Source of the DNA: Lama glama
Lineage: Eukaryota
Length of the DNA stretch: 64,000 nucleotides
Assembly (NCBI GenBank): GCA_028534125.1
Contig: CM052817.1
Location: forward strand, 51,958,001 to 52,022,000
Direction: 5' to 3'
Numbering within the stretch: position 1 is the stretch's first letter; each line of letters opens with the position of its first letter. This document shows, piece by piece, positions 26,241 through 39,859 of this stretch. Position numbers and translations under genes: made by a program. The notes below the pieces were generated by a model. That model was given only the letters and a program-made list of their open reading frames with translations, was not told the DNA's origin and did no database searches.

Positions 26241-27094
26241 TGGGTTAAGATTCAGTCATAATTCGTTAACAGGTTTTTATTACTAGCTTTGATTTAGCCC
26301 AATGTTCTCTATTCAAATTAGTATTAACATATCTCCTTTTATTTCATGGGTACTTTGTTTCCATATGATTTCTGGTACTTTTTTTTTTAATATTTAAGAA
26401 CTATCATGAAGATCACTTAAATAATTAACACGTATCTTTTTTGTAACTTCCCAATGCTAATTATCCATTTTTTTTAAATAGTGGAACTTTTAATTTATCA
26501 AACAAGGTCTCTAAGTTCAAATAAAATATCCTATGCTTGTTTTTGTCAGGAGCTGCTTTTATTACAAGCATGCCACTTCTAATTGCATGGATTCCTCTTT
26601 GCTGTTTTTCTTATTAAGGATAAACTCAACTGATGAGTTCAATACCTCAGCAGCTTTAAAGTCATCATTAATTTAATGTCACTCACTCTTCATTTATTAG
26701 TGGTCCTAATTTCTCATCAACCCTGAAATATTTGGAGAAGCTGACCTATACAATTTGATCCCAGTTGCAAGTATTAATTAATCAAGCTTTCTGACTGCCC
26801 TTATGTTTCCCTGACAGCTTTAATATTGAAACAATCTTTACTGGGTGTTTTTTTAAATCTCCTTCACTTACAGGACTATCTTCCTAGGTCAGTAAAATTT
26901 GGAAAGAGGCCTTTAGAAAAGTGATATGAAAAATCATATCAGAACATAAGCATAAACATTTCAAGTTGATTAATACTTATTTAAATCAAATTTTATTTTA
27001 ATTTCTGACTAAAGATATAAAACCATTTGGAGATGTAAACTAGAAGCAATTCTTAACTAGTATATATAAAATGTGATCCCTATCACATTTATTT

Positions 27095-27146
27095 TTTGTA
27101 GGGTTTTTTCAAATTAAAGTATAGTTTATATACACTATTATATAAC
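27095..27146 (-). mobile_element. Extremely 5'-truncated L1 insertion (~52 bp)
   Basis: ttttttcaaattaaagtatagtttatatacactattatataa resembles the antisense L1 terminus; 13-bp direct repeats ATCACATTTATTT at 27082-27094 and 27147-27159. Confidence 0.65.
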
Positions 27147-27194
27147 ATCACATTTATTTGTTAAATAGAAATTAAATATTACTACCTCCTAAAA

Positions 27195-27350
27195 AAGTGT
27201 TTTTAAATATGTGGTCTATGTACCACCTATATTACTTAGGGTACTTACTGGCTTACCATATATCTACTGGAGTCAAATCTTCAAGCCATCAATATTATTT
27301 TTAAAAAATTAGTGGATTATTTTTCTCCATACCAAAGTTTAAGAACAGGT
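27195..27350. mobile_element. MER5A-like hAT relic
   Basis: agtgtttttaaatatgtggtct...ccaaagtttaagaacag termini. Confidence 0.5.
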
Positions 27351-27769
27351 AATCTTCAAATAGTAAGATGGTAGGATATTTGAGAACTGTCTTTTTTTTT
27401 TTCACAATTCAATATTACATTTATAAATCTCTCAGACAGCTATGAATATGGTTATACATACTACACATGGAACCAAGTTTTTGAAATAGGAACATGCAAA
27501 TATAGTGTAGATTCTTATTACTCTAATGTGTCATTACATTGTGACTTTTCTACTACAGGATAGAAATTGAGCATCCACAGTCACATATAGGGATGCCAGA
27601 TGGCTATAAATCAACTGGGTGGGGCTGTTATTAGGTGTAAAGGTTTGAGAACTATCATGTTGGTTTGGAAATTGATTTCAAATATTATTATCAGGGTAAC
27701 TGAACTAAAAAAACTACTGTATTCTTGTGTTAAAAATCATCCTTTTTAATATTTAATTAGGACATTACA

Positions 27770-28192
27770 CTGTGATGTACTAGGAATGTTTTAACAACTG
27801 AGTCTCTAAACAAAAAGCCCTAATTTTTAGTGTGCTTGTGTTTTGTAAATAATCCTACTCTGCCCAGTTTCAAGCTACAAATGTGACATCACTTTACCCA
27901 GAATTCAGAAGAGATGCACAGTAGCATATATTTTGTAGCATTCCAATCATACAAATATAATAGATGTAATTAACTTAAAGAACACAGATAATACTAACAT
28001 GTAATGATATAATTAAGAAATTAGGACTTTTGATATTTTATTCACTTTGTTTTCACTGTAATTTATTTTGTTGGCACTTTCCATAATTTAACTCTTAAAA
28101 AATGACTGAATTTAACAGCTAGATGGCAAAATTTCTGAAAATTTAAAACTGGCTCTCACAAGCTGATAGTAAGTCAGATCCAGAACACGGAT
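27770..28192. mobile_element. hAT-Blackjack transposon (MER63B-like)
   Basis: ttttaacaact, tttcaagctacaaatgtgacatcac, gaagagatgcacagtagca, gcaaaatttctgaaaatttaaaactggctctc follow the MER63 consensus order; ~420 bp. Confidence 0.8.
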
Positions 28193-31100
28193 GGCACAAA
28201 AGAGTTGTTTTCTTTTTGATATAGAAAAGCAATTAGCACAGTGTTTATATGTAATAGTGTGCATGTGTTTATGCATGTGTGTTCCATATATGGTTCTCTT
28301 TTCAAACACTTGTACCTAGCTTACATAGTCCAGTTCTCAGCTGGACTCAATTTCCTTTTGGTGCACAGTCACAGCATATGTAGAAAATCCACCACCCTGC
28401 CCACAGCCAGAGAACCCTAGTTATAGCTGCCTCTGCTTCTGCATTCCTGCTTCTGCTGATGTCACTATATTATTAATATTTTCTATTTTGAGTGTTATCC
28501 CTTTTTTTTGACCAAATTTCTACTATTCTATGCTTTAAACTTACCATCTACAAAGTACAACTGGATCTTTAATCAAGACAAGTCTGTGTGTGTGTGTATA
28601 GTTTAGTCAGGAAGAAAAATCATACTCCAGTTTGAGGGGACAGAGAGTACAGAGGCTTGAAGCAGCATTGAGCACAGAGATCTTACATTCTGATCCCTCT
28701 CTTGACTTAGTGATGCTCTGATATGTTTGTACCACCCAACACAAAAACCTTTTCACCTTGACAGATTACTTTGTGAAAACTTTATTCTTGAAATATCTGC
28801 CAATTTAGTAGTTGCTTAAAGTGAAAGTAATTGTAAATGAAATCTGGAGTAATTTATTACTGTATAAAACTACACTATATTTTTCAGCAAGTGAAATGTC
28901 TTCAGCTGTATATTTGTATAAAATAAAAGCCTATTTAACTTAAATGTTCTATATCTATTATCCAGGTGACTTTTTGCTGAGTTTTGAATACTAGATATAG
29001 ATTTAAACACTATTACTATGCTTTTTATTTTGATAGCCTATAAGACAGTAGGTGTTCAGGTAATACCATCTTTTGTCAAAACAAAATTTTAATTTCTAAA
29101 GAGGCTTTGGAAGGTTTATACTCTACTAAATATGTCATGTTATGAACTAGTATTTTACTAGCTAGGTTTTATCACAGTTTACCATCTTGGCAAAGGCACA
29201 TGTCTATCATTTTTGATAAATCTTTCCTTTCCTAAGATCTTTTAACCCAGAGCTGGAGTTGATGCCATTCGTCTTTCACACTAGCTTAACACCTTGACTA
29301 GTTTGAACCTTGCAGGAGGCCGTCAGGGAAACCAAGGGTGTATTAGGAATCTCTGTTGAGATTCAGCTAACGGTGTTCTTCTTTCTCTTTTTTTCTTATA
29401 AAGTATTTAAATAAAACTCAAGAAAAGTGTTTGAAGTACTGTCTTCTCAACAAAGAAGCAGTCCAGGAGCTTTGATAGTGTAATATTTAAGAATCTTTGA
29501 GAATTCATATTGATAATGTTGAGATTTAGGCTTGAAATCTACTTGCAGAAGATTTACATTCTTGTATGTTTAATATACATGTTATAGGTTTGTTAACACA
29601 AAAGGAAGTATGTTTTGTTGTGCACGTGAGTCCAAGAATTGCCTTGAGATGAATGAATTATCTTAACTACATTTTACACAAGAGATTTTTAAGGTCATTA
29701 CGGAAACTGGTATTGGATCACTCAGAATTTTAGTTCTAGAATAAAAATTAAAAGACAAGATAAAGACCTTCATTTGATAAGAATTCTCTTAGAGATGTCT
29801 GAGGTAACAAATTTAGAACAAATGGAATTAGAGAACAAGTTCACAGATGAAAAAGTACCTATTCTACAACCCAAGTATGCATATTGATGTGCTTATTGAA
29901 TTTGAAAGATACTCAGTAATGATTATTACTATTAGTGTCCCTGTTGTTATGGAAATTAAGTGATGAGATTAGCAGAGTTAACAGAAAATCCCTTTTTTTC
30001 TCATATCATTTGCTTGGTGAAGAGAATTTTTTCCAGCAATAAATATAGTAACTGGGAAAATAACTGTACTTTCTTGACTAACTACATGTGGAAAAAATAA
30101 AAATATAGAAAGAACATCTGAAGAACAGTTAGGTGAAGAAGAAGGTTATTCAGTAAGAAAAGAAAAAGGAATAGAAGCAGAAAAATTTTAGGTCTTTTTC
30201 TATTGAGTCATATACAAAAGATGAAGGCACTGGACACAAAACTTAAGATTTTCTTATTTATATTTGGCCACTTCTATTGATTCCAGGTTTTCTCCTTTAG
30301 ATATTTGTTGATATAAAGCCCACAACACAAGCTGTGTTTCACAGTCTGATGTAACCAGATTTTATAAACACATACACATGAATTTTTAAAAAGCATGTGA
30401 AGTGTGAATGAAGAATCTACTTTAATTTGCCCCCATAGTTTAAGCCTTAAATCTCATGGTTGATTACAATTAGACTTTTATTAAGCATGACAATTTATAT
30501 TCAAGGAGTAGGGAATCAGACCTCCACTCAAAGTTTGTCTAAATGCTCCCTTCTAACCAAATTGGAGGTGAGGACCATGCCAACTCTTCCAGCTGTCATC
30601 CGCTCATCATCCTCCAAGCCTTTGCTGCTATCCAATCTCCTTCTCACTCTGGTAGCTTGATGTCTTAATGGTTTTAATTATTAGATAGTAACACTTGGCT
30701 TATAAATTTCCTCAGCTTCTTCAGAATTGTCAGTCAAGACCGATATTTTAAAAAATTGTTTCAAGAATGTCTATGAAATATGCCTATACAGGTAAACTTT
30801 AAGAATACCTTAAACTCTCTCATTGCAAACCAATATATTTTTCCATGTTCTCTTAATAAACATAGCTTTCACCAGTTTTAACAATTTCACATTATTTCCT
30901 GCAGTAATCAGAGTTTTTCCAATGTATAATTTGTAAAATGTTGTTCTAGGTATTGACTGACAAAGCTTCCAATGAATGAAAAGATTTTAAACATTTGTGA
31001 AACCCTAAAGTGATTTATTATTACATTAAGTCTGTTTAAATCATTTTAAAAGTCAGAATTTAATTAGAAAATAAATATTAAAATCTCTGCTAGAAGTAAA

Positions 31101-32119
31101 ATAGCTAGGGATCAACAAATCCATTAAAAACATAGAACTATAATATTGATGAGATTCCATCTCACTATTTCAAGCATTAGAAACTTTTTTCATAATGGTT
31201 CTGAGAGAAATTAAAATAGTATTGAACCCTTTAGAGGTGTCCTATGTGAGAAAAAATAACCATAACTTTCAAGATAATTCCTTGGCTCAAATTTATGGGA
31301 TATTTAACTACTAATCTGCTACTACTTTTTTTCAGAGCAATTGCATGACTGGAGGAATAGAAATCTACATGAATCTGAACACTATTTTCTTGTTTTCTCC
31401 AAAGTTCGTAATACAAAGTAGCTGTCACAGCATGAATCACTTCTAATAACATTTGGCAATTTGAGAAAATTGCTGACCACACAGTAGTTGTTTCAGTATC
31501 AGCAGGGATTTTTGTGGCCTTTCAATTAAAAATAATCATTCTAAATAGTTATATTTTGATACTTTTCTTACTCACGTATTTTAAAAATGGTGTTATAATG
31601 CTCTTACAATTAACAGTAATGGTTTCTTTTAAAAAAAATAAGTTATCTATAAAAGAGGGGTGGTTAAAATACCTATCTGTTAACTGCTTTTTCTGTGATT
31701 ATTATTGGGAGATATTTGAATAAGGGTTATAATAAACTTTGAACTCATTTGGGACAAATGTCCAGAGCAGGATTAGTAAGAGTGGCAACAAAAATACACT
31801 TGCACTTATTTACAAGCATGGTTTTGGAGAGAGAGACAGTCCAAACTATGAACATTCACTTTTTATAATGGCAATTTTTATATTTATTAAAAACTCTCAT
31901 TTTTCTATTCTACAATTTCTTTAGATTGAAGGTAATTCCAACCATTGAAAAATACACTTTAAGAAAGTGTCTAAATGACTATCACTTTCATTCTATTACC
32001 ATGATACCACCAGAAATACAATGGGAATTTTTGTGAAGGAAAAAAAAAGTTAAAATATAGTTCCCAAATTCAACCATTTGATTCATACACCTATGATATT
32101 TATGTGTCTGCAGATATCC

Positions 32120-32850
32120 TGTAATGTATTTATTTATTTTTAAATTATATTAACTTAGGTTTTGTCAAGAGCTGAGACAAAGAGGGAGAAGAGAGGATGA
32201 AGAGAGAGAAAAAGAGAGAGGAAATGCAGGAGTGAGCTGAGCTGGCAGATGGTCAGTTAGGGCAACAAGCCAACTGAAGGCCTTTATTCACTTGCTTCAA
32301 TCTTGTAACCAAAAGGCCAGAAATGTGTCAACATCCTCAGTGTTCTGTGCAGCCTGCCTAATGGCAGACGATAGGGCTGGAGGGGTTCTCACTGTGCACT
32401 AAGACCAGAACAGAAGACTTCTGATGTTTTTGGACCCAGGGACCAGGAATAGGGAGAGGAAGAAAAAAATCAGGAGTGGAAAAGTACTCAGTCGTGGGGA
32501 ATGCTGTCTCTGTAGACTTTTCATAAGTCCCCAGAAGCCTTGACCCAGGGTCCCCAAGAACCGGGCCTCAAATGGAGGTGTCTGCATTAGGAATCCCGAT
32601 GGCATTAAGAGTATGGCTAGCCAGGGAATGGGGAGCTGAGTGAGCCTCTGACTGCAGCTCTCTTCGGAGACTGCAATGTCCTGGCTGTGCATCACATTTG
32701 TTGTAGGGAGGGTAGCTTTCTCCAGTGAGGCCTGCCAGGTAGAGCCTTTATAACTGACCATGGTAATTACATGGATAATAGCACACAGAATTGTAGCTTG
32801 CAGCCTGATTCCTCTGATTTTATTTAAACAAGGGAAATTTATAACTATCA
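32120..32850. mobile_element. Probable ancient LTR-type element, family unassigned
   Basis: GC-elevated island starting TGTAATG in an AT-rich background; no recognisable coding motif. Confidence 0.3.
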
Positions 32851-32879
32851 TAAATGAAAAACCATGTCACTTTCCAAAA

Positions 32880-33505
32880 TTAATTAGGATAAATACATAA
32901 CTAATCAATTTTTTGTTCAAATTATTGTGTAATATTTAAGAAATATTTGTTTAACACAAAGTCATAAATGTTCTTCCTATGTTTTCTTCTAGTTTTTTTT
33001 TTTTTTAGTTTTAGCTATTATATTTAGATCTATGATCTACTTTGGGTAATATTTTTTATAGTGTGAAGAAGATACATTTCTTTCAAATGGATTTATACTG
33101 TTCTAGGAAAAACAATGTTGAGAAAACTGTCTTTTCCCCATTGAATTACTTTGGTACTTTTCTTAAAGACCAATCAAGCAGATAAGAGTGGATCTATTTC
33201 TGGACCTCCTATTTGGTTCTATATGTCTGCACAATCTATTTTTCTATCCTTATTGACATGATTACTGTGGTATTATTGTGAGCCTTATAATCTGTCATTC
33301 AAATTGTTCTACCATTCAAAATATCTTTGGCTAGTAGATATCATTTTAGAATGAGCTTGTTCATCTGTACAACATAATTTTGCTGGATTTTTATTTAGTT
33401 TGCTTCGAATCCATAGATCAGTTTGGGAAGAACTGACATCTCAACAATATTGAATTTCTCTGACCTGTGAACATAGTATACATCTCAGTTTAAGACTTCT
33501 TTAGA
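32880..33505 (-). mobile_element. Old L1 ORF2 fragment
   Basis: ttcctatgttttcttctag, tttagatctatgatct, gtcttttccccattgaatt, gtggatctatttctggac, tagatcagtttgggaagaactgacatc are antisense L1 ORF2 hallmarks. Confidence 0.85.
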
Positions 33506-34217
33506 CTTTAGTGAGCTAATTTGCAGACTGATGATCATTAATACATTGTTTCTGTGAGAGAATATGTCACAGACTCAAAAAAATGATTAAACAAAAACTT
33601 TACATATATTTGGATAGAATTAGCTTTAAGGGTGTATAGTTCCTATTTTATTTAGTTAAATATCACAAATGGCATTATGACTATTGTGAGAATATTCATT
33701 ACAACCAATAAGTGATCTTAGGTTTTTTTATTCAGAAAATAAGAATTTGGCTTTACAAATAATGAATTTTAAAACATTTTAATATGTATGGGGAAAGAAA
33801 GAATTATCAACTTTAAAAAATGACGTGAGAACTGCAAATAATACACTGAAAACCCATTTTACTGATCACGAAGTGTTAAAGTGCCTACCTGATATTCTCA
33901 AGGAGAAAAAATCTGACATCACAAGGAAACAGAAAGTGATGGTTGTCCCATGCCAAACCTATTTTAATTTTATTTTTTGCTACAGAACATGATAATTACG
34001 AATTTTAAGTTTTGTCCATAGATTATTTTTGTAATGAAATGGGCATTTCTGTAAAAATACTCATGATAAACTTTTTTGGGAGATAAAAATGTGAGAATTC
34101 TGAGAAAGCTGAAAATAGATTTGAAAGGTACTCCTTTAAGTAAAGGAACTAGATAAAGCATTTAATTTCATTAACAGATGCTCCCTTATTTTATTTTATC
34201 TTATATTTTTAATTTCA

Positions 34218-34222
<5 letters not shown>

Positions 34223-34252
<30 letters not shown>
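34223..34252. repeat. (GT)15 microsatellite
   Basis: Directly visible. Confidence 0.97.
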
Positions 34253-34256
<4 letters not shown>

Positions 34257-34299
34257 CTGTGTGACCAAACTTATTTCAGTTGGTAAGATAAGGATGTTG

Positions 34300-34775
34300 A
34301 ATCAATGTTAATTGTTATCCTAAGAACAGCTAATTCTGTTCTGTGTTTTTGGTACCAAGTTACCACAGATCAAGGAGCCCTGAATGTGGTACCAACTGAA
34401 TAGGAGAGATTATCTACTGTACCTATGCACTATCCTAGCAATAGAACACAGAAATGTGGGCAACTATGCCCCCCGGGGTGGTTTTTGACCAGGAGTAAGT
34501 AGGGGGTGGGAGGGAGCCAACTGATCATTTCTTCTTCCTCCTTCCAACAATAAACTCTACAGCTTCTCCGAATACAGTGATTGAATAATCAACTGCATTT
34601 GATAAGAAGCTATGGCCAGCTCACTAATGTACTTCCTTCTATTTTTTCCTCCTCTTTCTTTGTCTCACATCCCTTTTACTCTTTCTCCTATTTCTTTGGC
34701 ATTGCACTGCAAAGAAGCATCCACATGTAAGCCTTTGAATCCGACTCTGTTTTATAGAGGACTGAGGCTAAGACA
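34300..34775 (+). mobile_element. ERVL solo LTR (LTR33/LTR16-like)
   Basis: Ends ...ctctgttttatagaggactgaggctaagaca; internal cagaaatgtgggcaact...tttgacca...gggagggagcca; left boundary uncertain. Confidence 0.7.
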
Positions 34776-36303
34776 AAAGGTAAATTAAAATATATTTAAA
34801 GTTTCAGCCTACAATTTTCACTGGATTTTACTTTCTGGTGTTTGGTATTTGGAAACTGCTCTTTTTGAAAGTTGCCGTAACATAGAATATGGCCAGTTCA
34901 AAGTTCAGTTTAGATTTCTTCAAATTTCTGTCAGTCCCACATGGACCTGAAAACAATATTCACAATCCCTTCTAATTCTTCATAAAAAATATACACAATA
35001 TGCAGGAAGGAAAATCTTTAAAATCACTTGGAGCAGTTTATCCACAGTTAAAACCACACGATGACTTTATAAGCTCCATAGTCACTCACAAGATCTTTAT
35101 CCTTATGGCTCTCTTAGCCAGAGCTAGGCTTTACTTAACTTTTTGGTTTCTTAATGCTTATGCTGTCCTCACATATTTTCATATTTTCCTCATAAAACTT
35201 TTTTCTTTAGATCTAAGATAATTTTTCTTTTCAGCAGAAAGTGATTTCTTTCTTTCGTTTCTGTAATACCATTTACATTTGTTTGGTCTGTTTAAAATAG
35301 ATTCCTTTTTTTGTCTTTTAGTCTTTCTCTCTTTTTTTTTCTGTCTCTGCCTTTCTTCTCTCCTCCTCTCACATTCAATTATGTTTTTTCTTTGTTAAAG
35401 CATTAAAGTAATAGTAAAAAGACATTTTGATGTGACATAGATACCCAATTCCTAGTATTTCTCCATTATTTTCTTTCAATGAATTTTTCTATATAACAAA
35501 ACAGAAAATTAGAATGCATGCAAAACTAATGAAAAAAATGTATTCTACTTGGTCTACTTCAAACAACCTAGAAAAAAGCAGCATTTTTACTCAAATTACA
35601 AACCATGTTATCCTTTATTATATTCATTTCCAATTGAAATGCTTTTCTAATTTCCCAGAATATGTTTCTTAAAACTTGAACTTTTAAATATAGAAATAAT
35701 ATAAATTTCAATAGTCTCGTATCAAATATATTTCACTCTTAACACATGAATTTTACAAAAACCTCTTTCTTTTTTGCTGTATTATTGCCAAAATGGAAAT
35801 ACTAGTATTAAAATGTCCTATTCTTTATATATTCCCAGCCAGACCTGGTCCAATTTACATGTGAAATCTTGCAAACAATTCCATTAGATAACAGTTTATA
35901 CCATGCTTTAAATCTGAATTTCTAAATAGTTTGATCAAAACTTTGAGTTGAATGTAATAAAACTTTTATACATACTAGTGATACAATCATATATCTCCGA
36001 GAATATCACATTACCTAATCCTGCAAGTTTTGCTACTGTGTGCCTACTTATTTTAACAGTTTAAAACAGATACCTGTGTATTTGATGTTTTGTACCGTGC
36101 TTCCATTTAAACTAATAAACTTCACAAACTTCATAACCAAATGAAATGGCCTTTTGATCATCAACCAGACTGCATGAAAATTAAACAAAACACAAATAGT
36201 ACTACTAAATGAGTTCTGTAAATTGGATTACATTACCATTAAGCACTTCTAAATTTCCCTGGGTGATTTTTAATCTCCTTAAATCCACCACCTACAATAA
36301 AAA

Positions 36304-36929
36304 CGTATTTCAGTTATTGAGTGCTATATAACAAAACTCCCCAGGACTTAGTGGCTTAAAACATATATATGTATATATATATATATATTTTTTTTTCTCA
36401 TGAATCTGCAATTTGGGCAGGAATTGGCAATAAAAACTCACTTCTACTCTACTCAGTATCAGCTGGGCAGCTCAAACACTGGGAGCTGGAATTATCTAAA
36501 AGTTTCCTCACTTCATTTGCATATTTAGCAGTTGCTGTTGGCTGTCAGCTGAGACTTACCTGGGGGTGGCAGTCATAATGCCTGCAAATGCCCTCACATG
36601 TGCTCTTGGGTGTGGGATTACCCAGAACATGCTGGCTATCTTCCAAGGACAAACAATGGAGAGACAGAGAGGCACGGGGACAGAGACAGATATTGACAGA
36701 GAGAAAATGTGAGCAAGGAAGAACTCACATTGACTTTTATGATCTTGACTCTTGACTTGGAAGTCACACAGCATCACTTAGATCACATCTTAAGGCAGTC
36801 ACATGTCTCAGTGAAGATGAAGAGAGGAAAGGGAATACTAGACTCTAGCTTTTGATGGTAAAAGGTTCTGGAAGTCCATATAAGATGGTAGATAATGTGA
36901 ACATTTTTGAAAAATATTAATCTATCACA
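36304..36929 (-). mobile_element. MaLR LTR (MLT1F-like) with internal (TA)n
   Basis: ataacaaaactccccaggacttagtggcttaaaac, tctcatgaatctgcaatttgggcagg, ttggaagtcacacagcatcact, ...aatctatcaca. Confidence 0.85.
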
Positions 36930-39859
36930 TGTAGCAAGTAGGATGGAAAAAAGAAAATGACGAAAAAAACACCTCTGCAGCAAAACTAAATGATAAAGTG
37001 TCCTAACTATCAGTAGACATGTTTACTAACACTGGGAAAAAGCCTTGTGGTCTTTGCCAACTGTGTAAAAGGAAGCAGATGATGGGCAGAGTTCTGATGA
37101 GCCTGAGAGCCAGAGAACCAAAAATCAAGTTTCAAAAGGCACTAAGTCACAAATCGAAAGATTCTCCATTTGGAAAAAAAAAAAAATCCAGAAAACCTGA
37201 AAATGAGTTGCAGTGTTCTTCAGGCTGCGATTGCATGAGTGCAAGAAAACTGCAGAAATGGCAGATGCAGGAAAACTCTAGAACTGGCCCTCCGAATACT
37301 TAAAAATTCACTGAAGCCTTCTTTCAAGACAAAGTCCTGTTCTGAGGAAGATCTGCTGAATAGAATCTATATTTAACTACATAGAAACACAAGAGACAAA
37401 GGAAAGAGAATGTCCAGAAAAAAACAGGAGAGGGGAGCAGAGAAAGAGAGCATAGAATGTAAAAGGGCATATTTTTGGACACGTTACATTAACAATAGCA
37501 ATGGGAGTCCAAGAGTCATGAAACAAGGAAAGTTAGTCTAGCTTACTCGCCTTTCTTGAGAATGTATTTTTAAAGAAAATCTTGAGTAATAGAGTTGGCT
37601 AAAAAATGTATACTTCAAACTTTGTAAGAGTAGGGCTGGAATTAAAAACAGCTGGAAATTGCAAGCATTTTAGGGTCATCTATTTACAAAGGCAATAGCT
37701 GCAATCATCACAACTTTTCTTAACTACTGATTAAAACTTTCATTATATAATAATTAATTAGAAGCTTAGATTACTAATTACCTGAAAGATACATTTTACA
37801 TTTCTTTAATGAAGACTCATAACCAATTCAAATCACTAGTTTCACCAATTAGATAAATGCATTTTTTTCTATTCAGAGAAGCTAATTTTAACAAGACTTA
37901 TTTTTACATAAACTTGTATGTATATTAAATCTTGCCACCTGAAATTTATCTTTACAAGATTAATACCTGATATAGCTATGATTATCCTAAATTCGAAATA
38001 AATATTACAAAGGACTTTGACTATTTTTGATTATTTAGTTTCATGTAGTTTAAAATGCCTTTTTTATTTTAGCTCTCCAAAAATGCTATTAATGATTCTC
38101 TCTCCAACTGCCCCCTCTATTAATAGGAAAGAGAAGATGTTTATTGAAATGTCACAATTTTCCAAGTAAAACAATTGATATTGTTTATAGTTACTCCACT
38201 GTTTAGGGAAATTAATTTTAACCTTTAATAGCCCCTTTATCCAGCAAGAAAATGTCAATTGTCTCATTTAAAAGAGCTTAACCGTTTCACCTTTACTTGC
38301 AAGTGGAAAGTTTAATTGATTTAGAATAATTTACAGAGATGTGTTTGTTTACCATGGGTAAAAACACTAGAAACACAAACATTTTTACATTCTACAAAAC
38401 TATAACTTCATTATCAATAAGATCCTATGGACAGAGGTCAGTTGGAAGGGAAGTTAGCAATTAGAGGTCAATTAGAAGAGGAGTTAACAATGCCATAAGG
38501 CTGCTAGCTGGTACCCCAGTTGGGGACATTGTTTAAAAGAGACGGGGAAAAATGAGCAATAATTGAAATATGGTCATGTAGATAGTGCCCTTCCAATTAT
38601 TTTCCTTTGGGTTTTCTTGCCATATGTTCATATTTCAAATGAAAGAAGTAGTTGCATCTAATAAATATTATCAAGTGATCAATATTTGACTTATATGCAA
38701 GGGTACTCTCCTCCATCATTTTGTGGACATCCTTCAAACTACATTAAGTGACAAAGAAGTTTCACAGCCAGGTGGATTATGGGCAATGCTGAGTTAACAG
38801 ACATTTATTTGTTCTAGTATTTATTGGCATAAGTGTTAATGGACTTGAAAATCAATTGGTTGCTGTCACTCGTGCTTTAATTATATATAGGCACCTATTT
38901 CTCTTTTCTCTCCTCCCTTTTCGTGGTTCCCTAAAGATAACACTGAAGTCCTGCATGTCACCTTCCAAAGAATTACAATGTGGCTCTTCTGTAACTTTCT
39001 CATCTCTGTTTAGGGAAAGGTTGTAGATGTGTGATGCTCTAAGGCATGAATGTAGGCGTTGAAAGTCTTTTCTTTTGAAATGGGAGGATTGTCCTCACAC
39101 TGGGTTAAAATAAAATGTTTTCTTTGCTTATTTTCTCTATCATCCAGAAGCTAGGTCATTCCTGGAAGAGATTTCTGATATTTCATTTAGGCATAACACC
39201 TTACACTTAATTTTTCACTTCAGGAAAATTTTGTTGTTCTTATACCAACACAGTGTGTCCAAAATGATGTGGCTCCTCTGGTAATTATATGATAACTTGG
39301 TTTCCAGTTTAGGTAGGTCATCAATTGCCCACTTGGTAAAGTGTACATATGAGCTCCAAAGCATTTTTATTTTAAGATAAAGAAAACATATTGCCCCTGA
39401 AATAGTCCACTGTGTCATAAGCTTGCATCTACCAAGTTATTATGTCCTTAGCACACCAAGTTAGTGTAGAGAGGATATATTTTAACAATGAAACTAAGAC
39501 TAGATTCTATCTTCAAAGAGTTGTTTAGCTTAACAGAACAGGTCAGAGTATGCAAAACAACAGGGAATCCAACAAGAAATATAAATACTGATATTGGGCA
39601 AGAGTGAAAAAGAAGGCTCAGGGTGCTCTAGGATGATGGAAAGCTTCCTATTGGTTCATTATCCCTAATACTAACAGCATCAGCATCACAATTTTCCCCA
39701 GAGACCTGCAGGATAAATTCATCACAACCTACATTTTTCTTTCCACTAGAGTTCGCAAGAATACTTGAACCATCTGCCCGGTCAACCCACATCAGCTAGG
39801 CTGGCAGCTCCAACAAACTCTGATATGTCCAATCTAACCCCATCTCCCACTCACACCTA

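Noticed and set aside
37000..37560. Purine-rich block, possibly an old L1 5' region
   Set aside because: No diagnostic motif recognised; left unannotated.
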